Below are positions 1 to 9,658 of a stretch of DNA of 64,000 nucleotides, piece by piece. A model generated the notes under the pieces. The model saw nothing but the letters and a program-made list of their open reading frames with translations, was not told the origin of the DNA and ran no database searches. Positions within the stretch are counted from its first letter, which is position 1, and every line of letters begins with the position of its first letter. The stretch lies in assembly GCA_052386335.1 (NCBI GenBank), contig JBQTKH010000105.1, positions 6,368 through 70,367 of the forward strand, written 5' to 3'. Source of the DNA: Microthrixaceae bacterium (lineage in GTDB: Bacteria; Actinomycetota; Acidimicrobiia; Acidimicrobiales; VFJN01). A program made the position numbers and the translations under genes.

Positions 1-182
1 TGCACCGATCCGCTCGTCGGTGTCTGCAGGCCGCAGATCACGTTGAAGAGGGTGGTCTTTCCAGCTCCGTTCGGTCCGATGAGCCCGGTGATGCAGCCCG
101 ACTCGGCGCACAGGCTGACCCCGTCCAGCGCCAGTCGTCCCCCGAACTGCACGGTGATGTCTCGCACCTCCAGAGCCGTCAT
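1..182 (-). CDS. ABC transporter ATP-binding protein, LivG-like (5' part only; gene runs off the window start)
   Basis: Minus-strand translation from ATG 182..180 reads [53 protein letters not shown], with Walker [13 protein letters not shown] start/stop overlap with the upstream permease gene. Confidence 0.85.
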   Translation of the reverse strand, partial: MTALEVRDITVQFGGRLALDGVSLCAESGCITGLIGPNGAGKTTLFNVICGLQTPTSGSV

Positions 183-2332
183 GTGCGCGACCCCACCAGG
201 GTCTCGTGGTCGATGCCGAGCGCAGCGTCGATGCGGCGGAGCTCCTCGGGTGGGATCGGCGAGTCGATCCCCGCCCACTCCAGCGGCACGGCGCCACCAT
301 CGGCGCGTCGGCGGGCCAGGACGCGCTCGGCGACCTGAGGCCAGACGACGAGCGCACCCGCGCTGGCGAAGGTGAGCCCCCAGCCGGTGATCGCGTCGGT
401 GAGCGTCAGCGCGGCCGCGGCGGCGAGACTGACCAGGAGCGCCACCAGCGCGGGCGGCACCTCGAGCAGCACTCGGTACCGGAGCGCGATGTCGCGAACG
501 GCACCATTGGGGTTGCGGGCCAGGGCCACGCCCATCGTTCCGGGGAGCACCCGGTTGAGGTTGCTGAGGAAGGGCCAGATGCCCACCGCGATCGGAAACC
601 CGCCGAGGATGACCCCCGCGAAGATCGCGCCGGACGCCGCGCCGATGCCACCCACCACAGCGAGCAGCAGGAGCGGGAGGCTCTCGAAGAGGTTGAAGCG
701 CTCGTACCCCATCGAGCCGAGCGTGCCGGCGTAGAGCGCTCCCCCGACCCCCGCCATTGCGGCGGACAGCGAGAACACCGCGAGCTTGAGGCGCGTGACG
801 TCGATGCCGATGGTGGCGCACGCCGCCGGACTGTCCTTCATCGCGAGGAGCGAGTGTCCGAACGTGCTGCGTCGAACCGCCACCACGAGGAGGTAGGCAA
901 GGGCGAACACCACCGACAGGACGACGAGGTGCGTGGAGCGATCCGTCGTGTCGAGGCCGGGGAGGTCGACCGGCGACACTGCCAGCACCCCGAGGTCGAA
1001 GACCGCGATGTGAACCGGTCCGAGATCGAAGGCAGGCAAGGTGAAGAACCAGCGGTCCAGGAACACGGCGAAGGCAGCGGTGGACAGCGCGAGGTAGATC
1101 CCAGAGAGGCGCAGCGCAGGCAGCGCCACCACCGCACCGACGAGCCCGCAGACGAGCGCCGCGAGCACCACACCGGTTGGATCGCCGCCCTGCCCGTGGT
1201 GGGCCATGACGGTGGCCCCGATCCCGGCGAAGCTCATCTGGCACAGCGAGATCTGTCCCGCGAACCCGCTGAGGGGAACCAGTGAGAGAGCGATCAGGGC
1301 CAGCCCGGCGATCTTGGAGGCGCGAAGGGCGTCGGCATCGCTGAGGATTACAGCGAGGACCGCGGTGACCACGACGATCCCCAGCGCCGTGAGGAGCGCG
1401 GTGCGCCAGCGCGGCAGAGGGATGTCCTCCCGCGATGCGTACACCGCACGGGTGGGCAGCTGTGGGTTCGGGAGGACGAGCAGCACGATGTAGAGGACGA
1501 CGACGGGGATCACAAAGCGGAACGTTGAGAAGTACGCGTTGGAGCTGGGCACGTAGCCGATGGCATACGAGTCGGCCAGGCCGAGGAGCACAGCGCCGAC
1601 AAAGGTCATCGGCAGGCTTCGGAGGCGGCCGACCATCGCTGCCGCATAGGCGCTCACGATGAGCAGGGTGAGGTTCGTGTGCGAGAGCGTGCCGAGGGAC
1701 CCGGAAATGAGGATCCCCGCGAGTGCGGCGAGCGAGCAGCCGATGGCCCATGCCAGCGCCGCCGACCGGTCCGGTCGCGCGCCGTGGAGCATCGCCAGCG
1801 GGCGACTGTCCACCGCCGCTCGCATGTCGAGCCCCCATCTCGTGCGGAACAGCAGAAGGCGCAGACCAGCGGCGACGAGCAGCGCGACCGCGAACGAGCT
1901 CGCCTGGTGCCAGCTGATCCGCACCCCGAGCACGCTCACCGTGTGGCCGGGAAAGAGGCTCGGGGTGGCGTGCGGCTCCTGCGGGCTCCAGAGCCACACG
2001 CCGATGCCGAACAGCGCCACGAGCAAGCTGATCGTCACGACGATGCGGACCGTTTCCGGCGCGTCGACGAGCCCGCGCATGATGACGCGCTCGATGAGCA
2101 GCCCGAGCGCGGGGGCGAGCACGAGGAGCACCCCAGCGAGGGCAACGGGGACCGGCCAGCCCCACGCGACCTGAAGCTGCCAGTACGCGAACGCGCCGAG
2201 CATGCCGATCGCACCGTGGGCGAAGTTGAACACGCCTGTGGTCGTGTAGGTCAGCACCAGGCCGCTCGCCGCGAGGGCGAAGATCGACGCGGTGCACAAC
2301 CCTAGGATCGTCAGTCGCAGGAGCTCATCCAT
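179..2332 (-). CDS. branched-chain amino acid-type ABC transporter permease, fused LivH-LivM
   Basis: 717-aa very hydrophobic ORF. N-half is LivH-like ([20 protein letters not shown]). C-half is LivM-like ([37 protein letters not shown]). Lies between the SBP and ATPase genes. Confidence 0.9.
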   Translation of the reverse strand: MDELLRLTILGLCTASIFALAASGLVLTYTTTGVFNFAHGAIGMLGAFAYWQLQVAWGWPVPVALAGVLLVLAPALGLLIERVIMRGLVDAPETVRIVVTISLLVALFGIGVWLWSPQEPHATPSLFPGHTVSVLGVRISWHQASSFAVALLVAAGLRLLLFRTRWGLDMRAAVDSRPLAMLHGARPDRSAALAWAIGCSLAALAGILISGSLGTLSHTNLTLLIVSAYAAAMVGRLRSLPMTFVGAVLLGLADSYAIGYVPSSNAYFSTFRFVIPVVVLYIVLLVLPNPQLPTRAVYASREDIPLPRWRTALLTALGIVVVTAVLAVILSDADALRASKIAGLALIALSLVPLSGFAGQISLCQMSFAGIGATVMAHHGQGGDPTGVVLAALVCGLVGAVVALPALRLSGIYLALSTAAFAVFLDRWFFTLPAFDLGPVHIAVFDLGVLAVSPVDLPGLDTTDRSTHLVVLSVVFALAYLLVVAVRRSTFGHSLLAMKDSPAACATIGIDVTRLKLAVFSLSAAMAGVGGALYAGTLGSMGYERFNLFESLPLLLLAVVGGIGAASGAIFAGVILGGFPIAVGIWPFLSNLNRVLPGTMGVALARNPNGAVRDIALRYRVLLEVPPALVALLVSLAAAAALTLTDAITGWGLTFASAGALVVWPQVAERVLARRRADGGAVPLEWAGIDSPIPPEELRRIDAALGIDHETLVGSRT

Positions 2333-2353
2333 GGGTGCGCCCTCGAGGATCGG

Positions 2354-3706
2354 TCACCCGCCAGTGAGCTCGATGACGTTCTCCGGGTCGCAGTTGTAGG
2401 TCGCCTCGGCAGCGTTCGTGGCCTCCGTGTTCAGCACGAACGCCTTTGCATCGGGGTCGACGCTCATCGCGAGCCAGCAGGAGCTCGGCTCGGTGTTGCC
2501 CGGCGTCTGTGGGGCATGCAGCCCACCGGCCGTCCAGTCGTTGGCCTTGGCTGCTTCCTCCAGGAGGCACGCCGCGGTGAGATCGGACCCGCAGGCCGTC
2601 GCTGCCTGCGCGAAGAGCAGCCAGGCGGAGATGCTCTGGGCTCCGAGGAGTGCCACCTTGCCACCGGGGTTGTAGGTCTCCATGAGATCCAGGTAGTCCT
2701 GGGTCGCCTGGTTGTCGGCGGCGAGCTCGAAGGGATGGAACTGCGACTGGATGTAGAGGTTGCCGGCGACATCCGCGGTCTCCGCCACGTAGTTGGCGTC
2801 GTAGAAGTTGCCGCTCAGCAGGATGACCTCTGGGTGCCATCCAGCGGTGTCCATGGCGCGGTTCAGCGCGGTGAGGTTCGACGGCTGACCGATGAACTCG
2901 AGGACCTTGATGTCCTTCGCCTTCATGTCGGCGACGAAGTTCGCCCAGCCGCTCTCCCCTGCCGGCGCGTAGTCGAGCTGGTAGTCGACCTCGAAGTCGA
3001 GCGAACGTGCGGTCTCGAGGAGCTGGTCGCGCACCAGGATGACCGCCGGGATGTTCGACGCCATGATGCCGAAGCTCTTGATGCCCTCGGGGAAGTCGCG
3101 CGCCGCGGCCCGGTAGCGACCGATGTTGATCTTGGCGAGCGGGTTCGGCAGCGGCTGGACCTGCAGCTTGGCGTTGCGCGCTGCGGCCGACACGACGTAG
3201 CCGGCGATGTTGGGCATGCCGCATCCGACGCGCACGCCATTGGGGTCCTCATCGAACACCGCGCCACCACCGACGAGCGCGAAGTCGCGGGTGCAGGCGT
3301 CGGTGAGCCGGGCCTCGTACTCCGTCAGGGCAGCATCGAGGTCGTCGACGACGATCTCGCGGCCGAGGATCCCGCCCTGCTCGTTGCACCATGCCGCGAA
3401 GGCCACCGCGGCGTCGTACATCTCCTTGTTCAGCCCGGCCGCGGCGGCGAAGCCCTTGTCGGTGACCGAGCCCACATGGATCTCGGTGTCGGTGACGCCG
3501 GTAGCGGTGGCACCTGCCGCGTCGCCGTCCTTGCAGACGCCGGTCAGGTCGCCGAAGTCGCCATTGTCGAGCGAGCTGGCCGGACCGGCGGCGGCAGTGG
3601 TGGTCGTCGTGTCGCCACCCGTCTCCGTGGAGTCGGAGCGTGAGCACGCCCCGGCGACGAGGAGCAGGCAGACGACGATCGACAGACGAGTGCGTGAGAG
3701 CGGCAC
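2354..3706 (-). CDS. ABC transporter substrate-binding lipoprotein (Leu/Ile/Val-binding protein family)
   Basis: 450-aa ORF. Lipobox-like signal LLLVAGACS, then a Thr-rich linker and a type-I periplasmic binding fold-like body. GTG start preceded by GGGGGA. First gene of the SBP-permease-ATPase operon. Confidence 0.85.
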   Translation of the reverse strand: MPLSRTRLSIVVCLLLVAGACSRSDSTETGGDTTTTTAAAGPASSLDNGDFGDLTGVCKDGDAAGATATGVTDTEIHVGSVTDKGFAAAAGLNKEMYDAAVAFAAWCNEQGGILGREIVVDDLDAALTEYEARLTDACTRDFALVGGGAVFDEDPNGVRVGCGMPNIAGYVVSAAARNAKLQVQPLPNPLAKINIGRYRAAARDFPEGIKSFGIMASNIPAVILVRDQLLETARSLDFEVDYQLDYAPAGESGWANFVADMKAKDIKVLEFIGQPSNLTALNRAMDTAGWHPEVILLSGNFYDANYVAETADVAGNLYIQSQFHPFELAADNQATQDYLDLMETYNPGGKVALLGAQSISAWLLFAQAATACGSDLTAACLLEEAAKANDWTAGGLHAPQTPGNTEPSSCWLAMSVDPDAKAFVLNTEATNAAEATYNCDPENVIELTGG

Positions 3707-3767
3707 AGGATCCCCCCGGATTGGTGTGTGGTGGAGCGTAGTGGTGTGTGTGGTTCGGTGATTCGGG

Positions 3768-4901
3768 TCAGGCGGTGGATGGTTGGGCGACGAGGCTCTG
3801 CCCGAGTCGGAGGAGCGACGGGCTCGCGCCGCCCAGGGTGAGCTCGAGCACCTTGGCCCACCGGAAGTAGCGATGGATCGGGTAGTCCAGGTCCATGCCG
3901 ATGCCGCCGTGGAGGTGCTGGGCTGCGTGGACCACGCGCTGAGCGGCCTCGGCTGCCCAGTACTTGGCCACCATCAGCTCGTCCTGGGCATCGATGCCCT
4001 CACTGAGCCGCCAGGTCGCCTGCAGCGAGGTGAGCCGGATCCCCTCGGTGTCGATGTACGCATCGGCGACGCGGTGCCCGACAGCCTGGAAGGTGCCCAG
4101 CTTGGAGCCGAACTGCTCGCGAGTGTTGACGTAGCGAGCAGTGATCGCGAGGGCTTCCTCGCACACACCGGTCTGCATGGCGCAGGCCGCCGCGATCAAT
4201 CGGTCGGCGATCCAGGCGGTGATCGCGGCACCCTGCTCCGGTCCGCCGAGCCGGGCGTCGTCGGCACAGGTCACGCCGGCAAGCGCGAAGCTCCACTGAG
4301 GTTCGCCGCTCACCGCTTCCTCGCGGAACAGGGTGACCCCTGGCGCGTGGGGATCGACGAGGAACAGCGCCGAGGTGGTCTCGCCGGTTCGAGCAGGAAC
4401 GAGCACTGCCGTCGCCCGATCCGCGGCCACGACGAAGGCCTTCGTCCCGTCGAGTCGCCATGCCTCACCCGCGCGCGTGGCTTGGGTGGCGGGCACCGAG
4501 GGCGGCGTCACCTCGCCGGGCTCGTAGAGCGCGACGGTGAGCATGGCGGAGCCGTCGATCAGGCCCGGCAGGTGCTGGGCCCGCTGCGCGGGGGTGCCGA
4601 ACTCGGCGAGGGCCAGACCGGCGCCGACGATGACCGACAGATAGGGCACCGGCGCCACCCTGCGACCGAGCTGCTCGGCGATGAGGCAGGCCTCCATGAG
4701 CCCGTAGCCACCCCCGCCATCCGCTTCGGGCAGGCAGATGCCGAGCAGACCGGACTTGGCCAGCTCGGACCACACGTCGTCGTCGAACCAGGCGTCGCCG
4801 GCCTCGAGCTCGCGCAGTCGCTCCGGCGGGAGCATCTCCTGGAGGATCCGCTCGGCCAGGGAGCGGATCTCGCCCTGCGCTTCGCTGAGGGTGAAGTCCA
4901 T
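3768..4901 (-). CDS. acyl-CoA dehydrogenase family protein (possible non-catalytic partner subunit)
   Basis: Start taken at ATG 4901 (MDFTLSEAQGEIRSLAERIL...), 377 aa. The longer 541-aa ORF extension is Arg/Pro/Gly-rich and overlaps the upstream gene. ACAD-like throughout. No Glu visible at either usual catalytic-base position (WIADRLIAAA; LELTLGGAS). Confidence 0.85.
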   Translation of the reverse strand: MDFTLSEAQGEIRSLAERILQEMLPPERLRELEAGDAWFDDDVWSELAKSGLLGICLPEADGGGGYGLMEACLIAEQLGRRVAPVPYLSVIVGAGLALAEFGTPAQRAQHLPGLIDGSAMLTVALYEPGEVTPPSVPATQATRAGEAWRLDGTKAFVVAADRATAVLVPARTGETTSALFLVDPHAPGVTLFREEAVSGEPQWSFALAGVTCADDARLGGPEQGAAITAWIADRLIAAACAMQTGVCEEALAITARYVNTREQFGSKLGTFQAVGHRVADAYIDTEGIRLTSLQATWRLSEGIDAQDELMVAKYWAAEAAQRVVHAAQHLHGGIGMDLDYPIHRYFRWAKVLELTLGGASPSLLRLGQSLVAQPSTA

Positions 4902-4912
4902 GCGGCCGCCCG

Positions 4913-6082
4913 TCAGGTCCGGGGCACGCGGGGCAGCCCGGCGCCGAAGAGTGCGATGAGGTCGCGCTGGACCTCGTTGACGCCACCGCCGAAGGTGAGG
5001 ATGAGGCAGCCCTGGAAGGCCCGCTCGAGGCGGCCCGCTAGCATGGCGCTGGTGGACGACCTCGTGAGGTAGGCCGACGGTCCGAGGATCTCCATGAGCA
5101 GCCGGTAGGCCTCGGTGTAGAACTCCGTGGCGAACACCTTCGTGGCGCTCGAGTCGGCGGGGTTCGTGCCTGCCGCGGCGGCGACCTTCCAGTTGATCAG
5201 CTTCACGAACTCGAGCTTGGCGTACACCCGTGCCAGGTTGAGCTGCACCCACTCCTGGTCGGCCACTCGCCGGCCATCCGGGAGCTTGGTGTCCTGCGTC
5301 CAGGCGAGCACCTCGTCGAACACGCGCTCCACCATGCCGGGCGGACCGAGCGAGACCCGCTCGTAGTTGAGCTGGTTGATGATGAGATCCCACCCGCGGT
5401 TGAGGCCGTAGACGAGCATGTCCTCACCCACGCGCACGTCGTCGTAGAAGGTGTTGTAGGTGCTGGCGTTGACCATCGTCTCGATCTTCGAGTACGAGAA
5501 GCCCGGGTCGGTGGTGGGCACGAGGAAGATGGAGATGCCCCGGTGCTTGCTCGCCTCGGGGTCGGTGCGCACCGCCAGCCAGATGTAGTCGGCGTAGCTC
5601 GCGAGCGAAGTGAAGATCTTCTGCCCGTTGATCACCCACTCGTCGCCGTCCTTCATCGCCTTCGTGGTGAGCGAGGCGAGGTCGGTGCCGGCGTTGGGCT
5701 CCGTGTAGCCGATCGAGAAGTGCAGCTCGCCGGCGAGGATCTTGGGCAGGAAGAAGCGGCGCTGCTCCTCGGATCCGAACTCCATGATCGTCTTGCCGAC
5801 GGTGTTGATCGACAGGAACGGGATGGGGGCGCCGGCCCGCCAGGCCTCGTTGAAGAAGATGAACTGCTCCACGTCGGTGCGGCCCTGGCCGCCGTACTCA
5901 GTGGGCCAGCCGATCCCGAGCCATCCGTCCCGGCCCATCTTGCGGACGGCCTCGAGACACGCCGGGCCGCCGGTGTCCCCGTGGGCGCACTCCGCCTCCA
6001 CCTCGGGCGTCATCAGGTCGGCGAAGTACTGCCGCAGCTCCCGCTGGAGCGCCTCCTGCTCCGCTGTGTAGGCGAGGTACAC
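4913..6082 (-). CDS. acyl-CoA dehydrogenase (FadE-like)
   Basis: 389-aa ORF with GTG start 9 nt after a GGAGG. ACAD motifs YTEPNAGTDLASL and QLNYERVSLG (Glu at the IVD-type base position). Lies 11 nt upstream of a second ACAD gene. Confidence 0.9.
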   Translation of the reverse strand: MYLAYTAEQEALQRELRQYFADLMTPEVEAECAHGDTGGPACLEAVRKMGRDGWLGIGWPTEYGGQGRTDVEQFIFFNEAWRAGAPIPFLSINTVGKTIMEFGSEEQRRFFLPKILAGELHFSIGYTEPNAGTDLASLTTKAMKDGDEWVINGQKIFTSLASYADYIWLAVRTDPEASKHRGISIFLVPTTDPGFSYSKIETMVNASTYNTFYDDVRVGEDMLVYGLNRGWDLIINQLNYERVSLGPPGMVERVFDEVLAWTQDTKLPDGRRVADQEWVQLNLARVYAKLEFVKLINWKVAAAAGTNPADSSATKVFATEFYTEAYRLLMEILGPSAYLTRSSTSAMLAGRLERAFQGCLILTFGGGVNEVQRDLIALFGAGLPRVPRT

Positions 6083-6104
6083 CCTGGTCGGCCTCCAACT
6101 GAAG

Positions 6105-6118
6105 TAGAACGCGTTCCA
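6105..6118. promoter_or_regulatory. KstR-type TetR operator candidate (TAGAACGCGTTCCA)
   Basis: 14-bp palindromic site that fits TnnAACnnGTTnnA exactly. Core GAACGCGTTC is a perfect palindrome. Located just upstream of the fadE SD/start, in the 142-bp divergent region shared with the SBP gene at 6225. Confidence 0.4.
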
Positions 6119-6224
6119 GTTTCTTCTAACACACCGTCAGATCGTCTGCCAGGATGGCGGAAGGTCCCGCCGGTCGCCGTGGCGAAAGGTTGCCGTACGG
6201 CTCGCGTCGCAAAAGGTTCACACC

Positions 6225-7631
6225 ATGATGCCGAAGAAGTCTGTGGTCCTTGCCCTCCTCGTCGTCCTCGCGCTCCTCGCCGCGGCCTGTGGATCCCGCC
6301 TGAGCGAGGAGCAGCGAGCGCTCGCCATCGCGGCGGGCCGAGGCGGAGCCGCCGCCGACGACGGCGGGGTCACCGGCGACGGCACGACCGACACCACGCT
6401 CGCGACGGGTGAGGCCGGCGCCGAGGGCGGCACCGGCGGTGGCACGATCACCCGTGGGGGCACCACCGGCGGGCAGGTGGGCGGCACCACAGGCACCGCT
6501 GCCGACGGCTGCAAGCCAGGCACGGCCACGAGCACGGGCGTGACCCCGACGGAGATCAAGGTCGGCAACGTCAGCCAGATCACCGGTCTCGTGCCTGGGT
6601 TCGCCCAGACCTCGGTGAACGGCGTGAAGGCCTACTTCAACATGATCAACAGCCAGGGCGGGGTGTGCGGGCGCAAGCTCACCCTCGTCACCGCCGACGA
6701 CCGCTTCCAGTCGGCCACCAACCGGGCCGAGACCGAGAAGATGGCAGGGCAGACGATCGCGCTCGTCGGCAGCCTGTCCGTGGTGGACGAGGGCGGTGCC
6801 CCGATCATCGACGCGAAGCAGATCGCGGACATCTCGCTCGCCACGACCGCGCCTCGCGTCGCGGCCGCCTTCAACTTCTCGCCGAACCCGATCGACCCCA
6901 CACCGAACGCGGGCAACGGGCTGGGGAAGATCCTCGAGTACTTCAAGTCCACCGCCGGCATCTCCAAGCCAGCGATCTTCTACCAGGACGTGGCCACCGG
7001 GAAGAACCAGGCCGACTCCTACAAGATCGACTTCGAGCGAGCGGGCATCCCGGTGGTCGCCACGTATCCCGTCGCGCCGACGGCCACGAACTTCAACACC
7101 CAGGCCAACGACATGAAGCGCTTGGGCGTCGACTTCGTGATCACCGTGGCCGAGGTGAACGCCATGGCCAACCTGGCGAAGGCCTTCGAGAGCGTGGGCT
7201 ACTTCCCCAAGGTCCCGTTCTACGGCGCCCAGGTGTATGGCCAGAAGTTCCTCAAGCTCGCCGGGCCCGCGGCGGAGGGCACGAAGGTGGGCCTCATCTT
7301 CGCCATCCCCGAGGAGGCCGCGGTCAACCCCGCGATCGGGGCCCTGTCCACCTGGTACGGGAAGACGGCGCCGGGCGCCGACCTCGACTTCTTCTCTGTC
7401 GTGGCCTGGCTGGCAGCAGACATGTTCGTGACCGCCCTCAGGGCGGCCGGCCCCGACCCCACGCAGGCCAAGATCGTCGCGGAGGTGAAGAAGTTCACCG
7501 CGTACACCGGCAACGGTCTCGTCGGCACGGTCAACCCGGCGCAGAAGAAGGCGCCGCAGTGCTTCAACGTGATCGAGGTCAAGGGTGGGAAGTGGGTGAA
7601 GACCTTCCCGGCCAAGGGCTTCCAGTGCTGA
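6225..7631 (+). CDS. ABC transporter substrate-binding lipoprotein (Leu/Ile/Val-binding protein family)
   Basis: 468-aa ORF. Signal plus lipobox LLAAACGS, then a long Gly/Thr-rich linker and an LIVBP-like body (TPTEIKVGNVSQITGLVPGF...). Confidence 0.85.
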   Translation: MMPKKSVVLALLVVLALLAAACGSRLSEEQRALAIAAGRGGAAADDGGVTGDGTTDTTLATGEAGAEGGTGGGTITRGGTTGGQVGGTTGTAADGCKPGTATSTGVTPTEIKVGNVSQITGLVPGFAQTSVNGVKAYFNMINSQGGVCGRKLTLVTADDRFQSATNRAETEKMAGQTIALVGSLSVVDEGGAPIIDAKQIADISLATTAPRVAAAFNFSPNPIDPTPNAGNGLGKILEYFKSTAGISKPAIFYQDVATGKNQADSYKIDFERAGIPVVATYPVAPTATNFNTQANDMKRLGVDFVITVAEVNAMANLAKAFESVGYFPKVPFYGAQVYGQKFLKLAGPAAEGTKVGLIFAIPEEAAVNPAIGALSTWYGKTAPGADLDFFSVVAWLAADMFVTALRAAGPDPTQAKIVAEVKKFTAYTGNGLVGTVNPAQKKAPQCFNVIEVKGGKWVKTFPAKGFQC

Positions 7632-9658
7632 CCACGCTGTTCGACCGCTTGCGCCGTGACCGCCACCTGGCCACCGGCGTGGTGGTCGGATCGGCTGGCT
7701 CGCTGCTCCTGCTCCTGCGGGCCTACAGCGGCGCCGGATCCTTCGGCTCGTTCATCCAGTTCACGCTCATCGGGATCAGCGCCGGGTGCGTGTTCGCCAT
7801 CGCTGCGAGCGGGCTCGTCCTCACCTACACCACCACCGGCGTGTTCAACTTCGCGCACGGCGCAGTCGGGATGGTCTCCGCGTTCGTGTACCACCAGCTC
7901 CGAGTCGACCTCGGCCTCCCGACACCGCTGGCGATGCTCCTGGTGCTGGGCGTGTTCGCTCCGCTGGTGGGCCTGGCCCTCGAGCGCACGATGCGCAGCT
8001 TCCGCAACGCGCCCGCGGGCACCACCCTCACCGTCACGATCGGCCTCACGATCCTCTTGATCGGCGTCGTGCAGTACCTCTACCAGTCGGATGGCGAGCA
8101 GCGCACGAGCAGCTACATCTTCGGTGATCGAGCGGTCTCGATCGTGGGTGCCCGCATCCGGTGGGACGAGCTCGCGTTCCTCGCCGTCGCGGTCGGGGTG
8201 GCCATCGGCCTGCGCTACCTCCTCAAGGCCACCCGCACCGGCGTGGCAATGCGAGCGGTGGTCGACAACGCGGACCTGGCCGGGCTCACTGGGGCACCAC
8301 CGCTGACGATCGCGCGCACGAGCTGGATCCTCGGGTCGGTCCTCGCCACCGTCGCCGGCATCCTCTACGCCCCCACGGCGGGCGCGCTCGACGCGATCAA
8401 CCTCACGTTCTTCGTGCTCGCCGCCTACGGCGCCGCGGTGTTCGGCCGCCTCAAGAGCCTCGCGCTCACCTTCGGGGGGGCGATCATGCTCGGCGTCGTC
8501 CAGGGGTACGCCCCAATCGCCTTCCCGCACACCGAGGTGTGGAACCACCTTCAGGTGGGCGTCCCGGGCGTGTTCTTGTTCCTCGTCCTGCTCGCGCTGC
8601 CCGACGAGAAGCTCTCCGTGGGCCGCATCGTGGGTCGCGACACGCCCGCCGTGCCCGGTCTCCGAACCAGCCTCACGCGAGCCGCGATCTTCGTGCCGGC
8701 CGTGGCGCTGCTCGCCAGCGTGGCGGGCGACAACATCCTCGACCTCAACCGTGCGCTCATCTACGGCGTCCTGCTCCTGTCGCTGGTGCTCCTCACCGGC
8801 TACTCCGGTCAGATCTCCCTCGCGCAGTACGTCTTCTTCGGCCTCGGCGCGTTCGCGATGGGCAAGGTCGCCGGCGGCGACAGCATCCTCGGCATGGGCG
8901 CTGCCGCGGCCATCGCCGTACCCTTTGGCGTGGTGATCGCGCTCCCCGCGTTGCGGCTCCAGGGGCTCTACCTGGCCCTCGTCACCTTCGCGCTGGCCCA
9001 GGTGTCGCGCGACGTGATCTTCCAGGACTCGCGCATCTACGGGCGTGGCTCGGTGCCGATCGGTCGACTCGACCTGTTCGGGATCAGCTTCGAAGGCGAC
9101 CGCGCGTTCGCGGTGCTGTGCGCCGTGGTGTTCGCGGCCGTGGCGATCGGCGTGCTCACCCTGCGACGAGGGCCGTTCGGGCGACGTCTCGCGGCCATGC
9201 GAGACAGCCAAGCCGCCTGTGCCACCCTCGGCCTCGATGTGCGGCGCACCAAGCTCACCGTGTTCGCGCTCTCCTCGGCCATCGCCGGCCTGGCAGGCGG
9301 TCTCTACGGCGGCTTGGGGTTCACGGCCAGCCAGCTCGACTTCGAGCCGCTCTACAACGTGCTGCTGTTCCTGTTCGCGTTCGTCGGTGGGATCACGACG
9401 ATCACCGGTGCGCTCCTCGGCGGCCTGCTCTTCGCGCTGCTCCCGCTGGTGCAATCGCAGAAGCCCGAGCTGGCCGGCCTCGTCTTCGCCGTGATCGCGG
9501 CGGTCGCCGTCGCTCTGGGCAAGCAGCCCAACGGCATGGCTGGGCTGCTGTTCTCACGATGGTCCACCTCCGCTCGACCCGCACCACCCACCACCGCTAC
9601 GCCGGGGCCGCCACCGGTCCAGCTCGCTCGCCCGGAGGCCGTAGATGCGCTCACCTGA
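7625..9658 (+). CDS. branched-chain amino acid-type ABC transporter permease, fused LivH-LivM
   Basis: Real gene is the 3' part of the 997-aa ORF 6665..9658. Proposed GTG start at 7625 overlaps the SBP stop (GTGCTGA). LivH-like [23 protein letters not shown] and LivM-like GYSGQISLAQYVFFGLGA, ALPALRLQGLYLALVTFAL. Start position uncertain. Confidence 0.85.
   Translation: MLTTLFDRLRRDRHLATGVVVGSAGSLLLLLRAYSGAGSFGSFIQFTLIGISAGCVFAIAASGLVLTYTTTGVFNFAHGAVGMVSAFVYHQLRVDLGLPTPLAMLLVLGVFAPLVGLALERTMRSFRNAPAGTTLTVTIGLTILLIGVVQYLYQSDGEQRTSSYIFGDRAVSIVGARIRWDELAFLAVAVGVAIGLRYLLKATRTGVAMRAVVDNADLAGLTGAPPLTIARTSWILGSVLATVAGILYAPTAGALDAINLTFFVLAAYGAAVFGRLKSLALTFGGAIMLGVVQGYAPIAFPHTEVWNHLQVGVPGVFLFLVLLALPDEKLSVGRIVGRDTPAVPGLRTSLTRAAIFVPAVALLASVAGDNILDLNRALIYGVLLLSLVLLTGYSGQISLAQYVFFGLGAFAMGKVAGGDSILGMGAAAAIAVPFGVVIALPALRLQGLYLALVTFALAQVSRDVIFQDSRIYGRGSVPIGRLDLFGISFEGDRAFAVLCAVVFAAVAIGVLTLRRGPFGRRLAAMRDSQAACATLGLDVRRTKLTVFALSSAIAGLAGGLYGGLGFTASQLDFEPLYNVLLFLFAFVGGITTITGALLGGLLFALLPLVQSQKPELAGLVFAVIAAVAVALGKQPNGMAGLLFSRWSTSARPAPPTTATPGPPPVQLARPEAVDALT

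Noticed and set aside
3768-5393. N-terminal extensions of long same-strand ORFs (3768-5393; 40826-43294; 47288-48814; 17791-18657; 32613-33851; 6665-9658; 55578-56621; 61005-62306; 59099-60322)
   Set aside because: In each case the extension overlaps the upstream gene in another frame and is Arg/Pro/Gly-rich. An internal start gives the family-typical N-terminus, usually with a 1-4-nt start/stop overlap.
7220-9454. 744-aa minus-strand ORF, and similar long antisense ORFs (44482-45969, 52932-54716, 57637-59013, 59345-60514, 40727-42442, 42343-44088)
   Set aside because: All are antisense to genes with strong family signatures (LivHM permease, MgtE-like, tkt, fbiC, LOG-like, dop, arc). All have the His/Arg/Gly/Asp/Glu-rich shadow composition.
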